DNA of 64,000 nucleotides. Origin: Phoronis australis (lineage: Eukaryota > Animalia > Phoronida). Position 1 is the first letter of the stretch; every line of letters starts with the position of its first letter. The position numbers and the translations under genes were made by a program. The DNA lies in contig NMRA01000237.1 in assembly GCA_002633005.1 (NCBI GenBank), positions 492,092 to 556,091 of the forward strand, in the 5' to 3' direction. Under the pieces are notes generated by a model. That model saw only the letters and a program-made list of their open reading frames with translations. It did no database searches and had not been told where the DNA came from. Below, one piece after another: positions 49,101 to 54,641 of this stretch.

Positions 49101-50683
49101 ACGTGCTTCAGCTGTAATACGTGAGCCCGCTTTTCTCGCCAGAAACTTAATCTACGGAACGCAGCCAGGTTACATTTGCGGGAAGCTAGCCGTAAGCTGT
49201 GGAATTCGATCAACATTTTTTGTAAAAACGATATAACCGGTGCTCAATTCGAGAGCTGTTGTGGTGAGGCGATCGCACGGTTACCTGACAACCAATAAGG
49301 TTTCCCAAGGTTTGTCTCTCTAGTCTTGCTTATCCACCACTGGTGTTCGTATGTCGCCGTATTTTTGCGAGTCGTTGTATTCTAAGATTTTGTGATCGAC
49401 TACGGAAATCTTTTAGCTGCAGCAAGTCGTGGCGATAGGTGATCACCTCTGAATTGACAAATGCCTTGCATCCCCTCTTCAAAACAAAGGTTGTTACTTT
49501 TTGATTACTGTTAGCTTTTTTGAGCTCATTCATTCAAAAAAGTTCTCGTAACCTCGGCAGATAAGAGTTGAGTTCCGTAGACCCAAAACAATCGCGAGAA
49601 CAATTACATCAAATTGTGATCTCGTGTTTCGCTTGTATTACAGGGCGATATCTCGCACAAACTTGTATAATTTTACCCGCGTTTCCGCGAGTTTATTGCG
49701 TATACAGAACGGAACCTTGGATGTAGTATATTAGCGGCGACCATGGGGATTGGTCGCAGAGTTTCAAGTAGAGGATCTTTGTTTTCACAAACCCCTGAGA
49801 TGTAGAACGTGTTGTCCAAAAACAGTGTGGAAAGCTCTGAAACGAGGATAAGCCAGCAACTTATTATTTTGAATGACTTATTCTTATTAAAATGACTTGG
49901 CCTCAAAAGTGGGGCTTCATAAGTTAATAGAGAGGCCCCTCATATAAGTGGCCTTCGGGCGAGGCTTCTATTTTTAAAATATAGGGTGCGCCGTTACTGT
50001 ATAACACAACAAGTTTATTTTTGTTGCTACGAAATATTACGTAGAGTTTGTTGAAATTTTAAATACAGTATGGCAATTGTTCTTGGGAACCGCTTGTTCT
50101 TGATAAAGCGGTAAGCATGCGCACTACCGGGGGGGGGGGGGGGGNCGAATGAGACAAAAAGTTCACTAAACAAGCACAAACGCGCCATTCACAGTGGTGC
50201 CCCCGTTTTTTTTCAGTCCGCCCGTTTTTTTTTGTTACCAAAAGGTCCACAACGTCAAGATTTTGAGCCCCCTTGTATTGAAAGCTGGGTGCGCGCATGA
50301 CAAGGGTACGATGTCTCTCCACAGGGCACACGTCAGAATCACGTCTCTGATATACTTCAAATACGCGTTTCATGAATACACTATGGAAGGTTTTCAGTTT
50401 AGCTGCAAAATTTCCTTTCAGCAATCGCTTAACGCTCGAAGAAGCAATGGATCACAAATGGTTGGAACTGTCTGAGCAGATCACACAGCGCCGCGAGCAA
50501 GCGATGTTTGGAACAACTCGCCTCCGCCATTTTGCCGACCAGTACCGAGCGAAACAACGTGGCACGCTGCCTTCGGCCAACTTCGTCCAAACGTTTGGCT
50601 CACTCTCCAGATCTTCGTCTGTAGACTCGGAGACCGCGCTGGATGACGGAGAGGTCGAAGGTGCAACTGCAAGCCACTATTAA
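1..50683 (+). CDS. unc-89: Obscurin/UNC-89-like giant muscle protein, 5'-truncated multi-exon gene: PH end - Ig x5 - FnIII x8 with P/S/Y/R linkers - Ig x2 - kinase PK1 - linker - Ig - FnIII - kinase PK2
   Basis: About 38 non-redundant GT-AG exons chain in frame to TAA at 50681-50683. The C-terminal Ig-Ig-kinase-linker-Ig-FnIII-kinase order downstream of a PH domain is the obscurin/UNC-89 architecture. Motifs such as TQYAV, WFKDWHP and GPDTFLIPLNDPELPVRLR resemble arthropod Unc-89 (from recall, not a search). Confidence 0.9.
1167..1296 (+). CDS. unc-89: unc-89 exon, Ig N-half (copy 1)
   Basis: ttgcag|CA..TG|gtaagt; PNFVKRLASVDVIENQEVRFDCRVTGYPEPDITW. Confidence 0.88.
1651..1826 (+). CDS. unc-89: unc-89 exon, Ig C-half (copy 1)
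   Basis: cacag|G..A|gtaagt; YKDGLEI..SDAGLYTCKAANKMGE. Confidence 0.88.
2763..3229 (+). CDS. unc-89: unc-89 exon, Ig plus Ig N-half (copy 1)
   Basis: ttccag|GT..CAG|gtttgt; APQFTKTISD..DSGTYTCRATN..APQLV..VIWYHNKKPLQ. Confidence 0.88.
3820..3949 (+). CDS. unc-89: unc-89 exon, Ig N-half (duplicate copy 2)
   Basis: 130-bp copy of 1167-1296 with intact splice sites. Confidence 0.8.
4315..4490 (+). CDS. unc-89: unc-89 exon, Ig C-half (duplicate copy 2)
   Basis: 176-bp copy of 1651-1826; one F>Y change (CAC TTC vs CAC TAT). Confidence 0.8.
5217..5683 (+). CDS. unc-89: unc-89 exon, Ig plus Ig N-half (duplicate copy 2)
   Basis: 467-bp copy of 2763-3229; A>V change (ELPAT vs ELPVT). Confidence 0.82.
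6155..6321 (+). CDS. unc-89: unc-89 exon, Ig C-half
   Basis: ttgcag|GAG..AG|gtcagt; ESDRVRF..DGGDYTMKAAS. Confidence 0.85.
6709..6834 (+). CDS. unc-89: unc-89 exon, Ig N-half
   Basis: tttcag|C..TG|gtaagg; APTFTKKIKDCEVVEGGVARFDCRVVGSPEPDIVW. Confidence 0.88.
7348..7450. repeat. Near-perfect inverted repeat (about 40-bp arms, 23-nt loop), MITE-like
   Basis: ttttaagtctggtcagcacgccatctgttggccac ... gtggccaacagatggcgttctgaccagacttaaaa, 1 mismatch in 35 bp. Confidence 0.85.
8038..8210 (+). CDS. unc-89: unc-89 exon, Ig C-half
   Basis: ttcag|G..T|gtgagt; FKDGTEI..SDIGEYSCNISN. Confidence 0.88.
8792..9208 (+). CDS. unc-89: unc-89 exon, linker plus FnIII-1
   Basis: ctatag|..G|gtaaga; LSWQP..YVIEYRE..GLKTSYDYLFRVRAKNEFGLSEPS. 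Confidence 0.88.
9268..10998 (+). mobile_element. Non-autonomous Helentron/DINE-1-like (HINE) element with internal tandem repeats
   Basis: Starts in a T-run with TTAGGCGCCCAC and a small palindrome (ccacata-ttta-tatgtgg). Ends with the inverted copy GTGGGCGC inside a GCAATGC..GCATTGC stem, then CTTGTTT. Body is about 145-160-bp subunits grouped into a roughly 445-bp higher-order repeat. Confidence 0.65.
11109..11897 (+). CDS. unc-89: unc-89 exon, P/S/Y/R-rich linker plus FnIII-2
   Basis: NAGNAG acceptor (11109 or 11112); donor G|gtaagt; LKWSPS..YTLEYREP..DFEPERDYEYRI. Confidence 0.85.
12192..12260 (+). CDS. unc-89: unc-89 small linker exon (69 bp)
   Basis: tttcag|GT..T|gtaaga; phase 1-1; YDLDYDLPEIQGRSLSPSSQRT. 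Confidence 0.7.
13259..13564 (+). CDS. unc-89: unc-89 exon, FnIII-3
   Basis: gacag|CT..G|gtaggt; PWIENY..DLCWTP..GLNPNTEYEFRVRAE. Confidence 0.88.
14696..14989 (+). CDS. unc-89: unc-89 exon, FnIII-4
   Basis: tctag|AC..G|gtatgt; PWITNY..DLHWSP..GLDKSKNYDFRV. Confidence 0.87.
15606..16391 (+). CDS. unc-89: unc-89 exon, Pro/Arg/Tyr-rich linker with RLxSPEP repeats
   Basis: ttacag|CC..G|gtaatt; 786-bp open phase 1-1 exon with internal peptide repeats. Confidence 0.8.
16702..17010 (+). CDS. unc-89: unc-89 exon, FnIII-5
   Basis: tttcag|CA..G|gtaaca; PWISNY..DLEWSP..GLEPDADYEFRI. Confidence 0.88.
17965..18273 (+). CDS. unc-89: unc-89 exon, FnIII-6
   Basis: ttgtag|CT..A|gtaagt; PWITSY..DLSWTP..VPDKEYEYRVRGE. 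Confidence 0.88.
18537..18612. repeat. Short tandem duplication (about 36 bp x2)
   Basis: atttaccgctaggtcttctgctc(a/g)taacgtg.. occurs twice in tandem. Confidence 0.8.
19825..20157 (+). CDS. unc-89: unc-89 exon, FnIII-7
   Basis: tgtcag|CC..G|gtaagg; PWITEY..HLNWAP..LLPDVDYEFRVR. Confidence 0.88.
20504..20575 (+). CDS. unc-89: unc-89 small linker exon (72 bp)
   Basis: tttcag|AT..G|gtacaa; TYVKKPASTEPYSYELPESERSR; phase 1-1. Confidence 0.65.
21397..21765 (+). CDS. unc-89: unc-89 exon, FnIII-8
   Basis: ttgcag|TG..G|gtaacg; RLSWPE..GFNPNRTYEYRIRVGNEYGMSEPS. Confidence 0.88.
21880..22069. mobile_element. Foldback/MITE-like inverted repeat (about 70-bp arms)
   Basis: tttcagctcttatcagaagccatcttccgaagt..ggtgatcaggctgttccaaattt versus aaatttggaacagcctgatcacc..acttcggaagatggctgctgataggagccgaaa. 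Confidence 0.75.
22222..22271. repeat. (AC)n microsatellite ending at an assembly N (22272)
   Basis: Directly visible. Confidence 0.95.
22780..22905 (+). CDS. unc-89: unc-89 exon, Ser/Pro/Arg-rich linker
   Basis: tttcag|GT..C|gtacgt; YQSPSPSPKRKTYSPD..; 126 bp, phase 1-1. Confidence 0.75.
23519..23653 (+). CDS. unc-89: unc-89 exon, linker
   Basis: taacag|CG..T|gtaaga; QYSLPHHRRNF..EEPERP; 135 bp. Confidence 0.75.
24924..25032 (+). CDS. unc-89: unc-89 exon, Ig N-half
   Basis: cttcag|AT..AG|gtaagt; LEPRFECPMGLTQYAVENYAAKIECSLFGYPTP. Confidence 0.85.
25081..25113. repeat. (GCT)11 microsatellite, intronic
   Basis: Directly visible. Confidence 0.9.
25392..25570 (+). CDS. unc-89: unc-89 exon, Ig C-half
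   Basis: gttcag|G..G|gtcagt; WFFNEEKL..DIGEYKVCAEN. Confidence 0.87.
26390..26671 (+). CDS. unc-89: unc-89 exon, pre-kinase Ig
   Basis: ttctag|AT..G|gtaaat; PPTFLEPL..GLPYPKVTWFKDWHP..DAGRYSVAVEN. Confidence 0.9.
27050..27131 (+). CDS. unc-89: unc-89 exon, start of kinase PK1
   Basis: ttacag|AT..AG|gtaagc; FEDHYHTLEEIGR. Confidence 0.87.
27246..28456. mobile_element. Degenerate TIR element (TA-flanked, Tc1/mariner-like MITE) containing a nested MITE
   Basis: TACGATATTTCTCCACTTATTT .. AAATAAGTGGAAAATTACCGTA; a related right-end fragment lies at about 12860-12950. Confidence 0.45.
27492..28177. mobile_element. Nested PIF/Harbinger-like MITE
   Basis: Imperfect TIRs AGGCCCTTTTTCAT / GTGGGAAAGGGCTT, flanked by TAA and TTA. 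Confidence 0.4.
28620..28823 (+). CDS. unc-89: unc-89 exon, PK1 N-lobe; ends at a U12-type donor
   Basis: ctttag|G; GSCGTTRRC..EFAAK..LDHPNLLRLHDAYE..IVTEL|gtatcctg. Confidence 0.9.
28824..31300 (+). other. U12-type (minor spliceosome) GT-AG intron
   Basis: 5' site GTATCCTG; branch-like TTTGACTTAAC at 31277-31287 about 13 nt before AG; no polypyrimidine tract; frame CT|C restores Leu. Confidence 0.85.
28846..28912. repeat. Degenerate 9-bp minisatellite (ATGACCTYS-like)
   Basis: catgaccttgtgtgatctccataaccatctatgacctccatgaccttgtatgaccttcatggccttg. Confidence 0.65.
31301..31439 (+). CDS. unc-89: unc-89 exon, PK1 hinge to catalytic loop
   Basis: LRGPELID..WTENEVAFYLKQLAEAIQHLHNHGVLHLDIK|gtaaga. 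Confidence 0.9.
34029..34164. mobile_element. Small MITE (head-to-tail dimer) with TIRs and 5-bp TSD
   Basis: CATGGGCGGCGCA..TGCGCCGCCCATG flanked by cacaa on both sides; two internal units of about 68 bp. Confidence 0.7.
35742..35941 (+). CDS. unc-89: unc-89 exon, PK1 DFG-APE region
   Basis: tttcag|PENLYL..LKLIDFGNA..GDPEFVAPE..ADLWSFGV|gtaagt. Confidence 0.92.
36628..36774 (+). CDS. unc-89: unc-89 exon, PK1 C-lobe
   Basis: ttgcag|G; LTGLSPFVG..LSEDARDFVSGLLRLNP; AG|gtaaaa. Confidence 0.9.
37879..38277. mobile_element. MITE with long imperfect TIRs and subterminal GGACTTCAAAAC-like repeats
   Basis: gggaatcaacaattggcctgacttcaaaacca versus tggtattgaagtgcgaccaattgctgattcccc. Confidence 0.65.
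39729..39852 (+). CDS. unc-89: unc-89 exon, end of PK1 and regulatory tail
   Basis: tttcag|C; ERSTIEYCLDHPWL..LSLARLRDYTTRRKFE|gtgagc. Confidence 0.9.
40201..40708 (+). CDS. unc-89: unc-89 exon, interkinase linker (short spliced form)
   Basis: tttcag|CGA; donor GGAG|gtataa, phase 1, joins in frame to 44460 (GTIPVFCEKLRD). Confidence 0.85.
40709..41862 (+). CDS. unc-89: Putative alternative terminal exon extension: 384 aa ending in a hydrophobic tail-anchor-like segment
   Basis: Frame stays open for 1.15 kb past the donor in AT-rich DNA; ends AAFAQGLVVGTCAALVFRFLCIFF*; AATAAA at 41947. Confidence 0.65.
41947..41952 (+). terminator. Candidate intronic polyadenylation signal AATAAA
   Basis: 85 nt after the alternative stop at 41862. 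Confidence 0.5.
42262..42852. mobile_element. MITE with about 60-bp TIRs and internal 22-bp CAACGCG repeats
   Basis: aagcgccaaggggttctt..gagtaactttctgcgcgttgaaatgtgc versus gcacatttcaacgcacagaaatgtactc..aagaaccctatggcgctt. Confidence 0.7.
44460..44765 (+). CDS. unc-89: unc-89 exon, interkinase Ig
   Basis: ttacag|GA..G|gtgaga; PVFCEKLRD..ITWYRND..DAGVYKCVARN. Confidence 0.9.
45342..45473 (+). CDS. unc-89: unc-89 exon, interkinase FnIII N-half
   Basis: tttcag|AT..G|gtaacg; VPERPGRP..WDAPKSDGNSHIVSYRV. Confidence 0.9.
45793..45954 (+). CDS. unc-89: unc-89 exon, interkinase FnIII C-half
   Basis: ctatag|GG..G|gtacca; RGLHPETKCRFRVSCQNKFGVSPYS. Confidence 0.9.
46426..46621 (+). CDS. unc-89: unc-89 exon, linker and start of PK2
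   Basis: ttccag|GT..AG|gtaggt; DPKEDYNFLAEVTR. Confidence 0.87.
47092..47555 (+). CDS. unc-89: unc-89 exon, PK2 N-lobe to activation segment
   Basis: tttcag|A..G|gtgaga; GAFSTAV..RIAK..HLNIKPGN..IIDFG..GDPEYM. Confidence 0.92.
48258..48333 (+). CDS. unc-89: unc-89 exon, PK2 APE to DxW
   Basis: cttcag|CT..TT|gtaagt; APEVVHQEKVGFFTDMWNIGV. Confidence 0.9.
48860..49009 (+). CDS. unc-89: unc-89 exon, PK2 C-lobe
   Basis: ttgcag|G..AG|gtaata; LSGESPF..ITKEALKFIFQLLKRVP. Confidence 0.9.
50116..50299 (+). mobile_element. MITE family CATGCGCGCACCC, copy A (interrupted by a G-run and the N at 50145)
   Basis: Shares TIRs and 3' body (aaaaggtccaca..gagccccc..aaagctgggtgcgcgcatg) with 56208-56459. Confidence 0.75.
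50422..50683 (+). CDS. unc-89: unc-89 last coding exon, end of PK2 and tail
   Basis: tttcag|C; NRLTLEEAMDHKWL..FGTTRLRHFADQY..ASHY*. Confidence 0.9.
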
Positions 50684-51155
50684 CGTGAGTAAAGCTGGCG
50701 TGCGTTCAGTAGACGCTAAGACCTACGCTAGGACATAGCTAAAATCTAGTCAACACCACGTGTTCTCATTTAAAACACGCAGCAATATCTCTCGTAATCT
50801 CGCGAAGTCTTGCTTTATAGCGAGGTCCTAGCGTTACTGAACGGGAGGCTGGTTCCTTCGATTATTTTTTTCTGTGCAGCTGGATTCATTATTGTTTACA
50901 CTAAAACAAAACACATGGATTTGTTTACTAAGATGCAAATGACTTTCATGAACAAGCAATTTGTGAAAGATGGCGTCATGTACAATCTACACATTTTCAG
51001 CCGCTGCCTAGCACATTATTAAAACATACTTTTAATTTTCAGGTGGCTCAAGAGAGAATAGCAAAGATTTAAGCAACGGATCATCACGCCGCAATTGAGA
51101 TAAGGCTTCTAGAAAATTCTAACAAGCACTAAACTGTAATCAGTTTATGTTCTAA

Positions 51156-51161
51156 AATAAA
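51156..51161 (+). terminator. Candidate polyadenylation signal for unc-89 (alternative at 51577)
   Basis: AATAAA downstream of the stop codon. Confidence 0.4.
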
Positions 51162-53063
51162 GCCGCCCACAAATTTTATTGCTTATACAATATACCTGCA
51201 CATACGTCATGACCCTCGACGCATCTGCACGCATATTGTAAAAACTCCATATATATATTTATTCACGTTTTTGGACTAATTTATGATATATCAATTAAAA
51301 TCCTGTTTTGATTGTTTAGAATTGTTGTGAAGAAATGGTTTTATGTCATTTCAATTTGATATCACCCCTGTTTCGTTTATTTCTACTCAAATGATATTGG
51401 AATGACCTTGAACCGTTTAGTGTGATTTGTCATGAATAGTCTGTGAAAGTGTTATGCATTTTTAAGTTCTGCGATTTGCTGATCACTTCCTTCAATTGTA
51501 GAAACACTTCATTCAGTTTCACGTGCAATATCAAAGAACATTGTTAAATTTCACATGCTTTATGAATGTCCTATACAATAAATTTATAGATGCACAGGTA
51601 ATTGTTCTGATGTACGCTGAATTGCGGCACCACAATCATTATACTGAGCCGGAATGGATTTGAGTGTAGCTTCCCGAAAAAAAGCAAAATAATAATCACA
51701 ACTTATCACTTGCTCCAACAAAAGTAATTTTGAAATGTTCTTTTACCGTAACAAAGCTCATTTTCATGGGCGTAAAAAAACCGGAGCGTGGTTACGAATC
51801 CAAAAAGTAATGAAAAGTCACCGGGCTGCTGAACTGGCCAGGTCTTTCAAAATTTGTCCGCTTCCGTGAGAAACGCTTGATCACAAACATTTTAGCATTG
51901 TGCGTGCCAAAGACGGTTTTTAAACTGACCCAATTTTTATTCCGATGCTCAAGAAACTTGCTTTCCAGGGCTCACACTCTGACATCACTGTCTAGAGGGT
52001 CTGTGTAGGAGACAGACGTACAAGACGGACCGAGGTGACCTGGACGAGACGAAATTTCTTTCACCGACATTTTTGTGTAATTGTTTGAATAAATATGGAT
52101 CTCTCACTGCTAAACAGTCACAACTTGGCGGCATGATGGTCGCGAAGAGTTATCACTGGAAAATACCCAACTGCATTAAATCCATGCAGAAACGTCAAAC
52201 TGTCCTACTACTACCCTCGCCATCTAACGGCAATGCGTATTTCATCGTTCGGAAAATGGCTATTCAATCGCAGATAAACTCTCAGTTCTACCCGAATTTT
52301 GCAACATTACTGTGATATCACATGGCGAGAAAATTGATTACCAGGTTTCTTTCACGTTGAAACATTTAGTAGAAGTAACCTCAGCCTTACCAATAAGCTC
52401 GTCGTTTTTTCCGCAATATGTTTGGTAGTTTACATGAGGAAACCCGTGTCATATTTAGAAAACTCATCGTACACGAAAGTAAGACGTCAAAACTCGATTC
52501 ATAACTAGCAACTGGAATGCGTTCCGTGCACGCAAGATACTGACAAAATGACCAACTGCGGCTAGAAATCTTCACTTATGGAACGAAGATGTGAATTCTA
52601 TCCCATCGTCCAACAATTCAACCTCACCGCGACCAATATTTCAATGGTTGACATTGCGTGGTCTAACTCATGCGCGATCTTGCGTTTTCTCCAATCTCCC
52701 GAGTCCACGGAGTCATAGGCGCGGCAGCTTTCCATAGCGTGACACTTGCGAAACATTTGCCGCGAAAATCTTGGCTTGTGAGTCTACTTTTAGAATAAAA
52801 CATTCCAGCGTCGCCAACCACTTCTGGGGCGCCCAATTTGCTAATTTACGCTCGTAAAGGTATCAAGTTCCCTTACGAAACACGTCCCTTCGATCACTGC
52901 CGCTAACAACCGGCGTTCCACGGATAGGTCAGTAAACTGGTCTCGCGCTAGATTGAACTTTTTTATTTAGACGTTGCCACTTCGAGGAACCACACAGGTC
53001 TATTAGAAATTTCATTTGGGATCTCAGCTTGAAAAAGACACTCGCATCTTTCGCATAAACAAC

Positions 53064-53069
53064 TTTATT
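53064..53069 (-). terminator. Candidate polyadenylation signal for the mucin gene
   Basis: AATAAA on the - strand about 1.3 kb downstream of the stop codon. Confidence 0.4.
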
Positions 53070-54404
53070 TGTACTTGTGCTTAATGAACAGTAACAATAC
53101 AATGCAAAACAAAATTACATAACTTACGTGAATGCATAACGTTCAAATGCGTATCGCTTAATAGCTGCAAAAATGAAAGACAATATCTTAATACTAACTG
53201 TGTTAAAAAGCAAGTTCCAATAAGATTGTTTTAAAAATGTTTCCTAGTAATAAATTAGTATTTCCGAATGACATATTCGTAAGTAGTCCCACAAATATAA
53301 ATGGGGCCAACACTTGCATAGCTAACCTCTGATTACTACTTCCTTTCCCTATAAAACCTATTCGCCATACAAAATAATCACTAGCTAAATTATTGTCTCA
53401 TATCACTAGTCACCACTGTTCTCTTTATCAGCACACACAGCAGAATTAAAAAAATACTTTCTACAAATATTAACTGTTAATGTTACTTTTGGGAGTGTAT
53501 TTTGTATCTACAGTGACTCTGTTTTAGAAAACACACTTCCGGGGATATCGCCGTTGTAGCACTTTCAAACAGCCAACGGGGCAAAAGACCAGAAAGTAAG
53601 TTATAAAGCAAACGCTTTGTAACAGTTAAAGTTATGAGCTCAACAGCGGTGGGACAAAAATGGCCAGCTTCAAAAGGAAGATAAAATAAGAACAGAGCTC
53701 TATATTGAGCCAAAAACAATACCTGCAGTACAACCATAGAAAATAAGAAGAGCTAACTAGCCATATTACACGGCTCGATTTTTAGGTTTGCAAAATAAAA
53801 TCAAAATATTAGAGATACTCGCCATTGTGTGACGGCAATGGGCGTATTTCCTGGACAGCGCTCACTATAACTTAACTTAAATGTAGGACACTAATTAGCG
53901 CGTTAAAAGGTAGTTGACATAATAAACGTAACTTCGACTCCGAGGTAATTTTTTAAATAACGAGATGCAGGAAGGATGACCAACAGGAAGGGAAAGTCGG
54001 AGAAACATATTTCCCAGAATTCTCCAAAGACAAGGCATTGGTTGTGTTCCTGATTAGACACTGCCGCGAAACGTTCAGTAGTTCGTGAGAATGATTTATA
54101 CTCAACGCCAAAGCTGACCGAGGTATTCTCTCCTCGCTCCGTAACAACGTGGACGACAAACCAGTCAGCACATATTCCAGGTTGATATGACGGAGTCCTC
54201 TAAATCGCAACTGTCACAGAAACTCAGCAACCGCTATATGGCACAGTGCATGAATATAAACGTACAAGTATATATTTTTTTAAATCACAAATCATCAATG
54301 CACGTATACCAAGTTTGTATAGTTACCAAGACAATAGTCGAAGTTATAAATGACCATTGACAAAACACAGCGTACCCCGGCGGCTATTTCCGTTGTGTGC
54401 GCAA

Positions 54405-54641
54405 TCAGTTCCAGTTGCTTTCATATCCTCTGCTGATCCTCCAGCTCTGTCGACGATGTGCATCGTCTGCCGAGAAGGTCTCCCATCTTTGGGGTAAGGT
54501 GTAGGCACCTATTTTATCTACAGTTTCTTCGCGATAACGGGCACTTCTGTATAATGCGGCGTCGCTACCGTAAGTGTTGTGGACACCGCTCAACAGTTCT
54601 CTGTTTGATATGGCCGCAAAAGGTGTTGAGGGAAAGGGCGG
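54405..54641 (-). CDS. Mucin last exon (cytoplasmic tail)
   Basis: tttcag|PPFPSTPF..GYESNWN*. Confidence 0.72.
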   Translation of the reverse strand, partial: PPFPSTPFAAISNRELLSGVHNTYGSDAALYRSARYREETVDKIGAYTLPQRWETFSADDAHRRQSWRISRGYESNWN

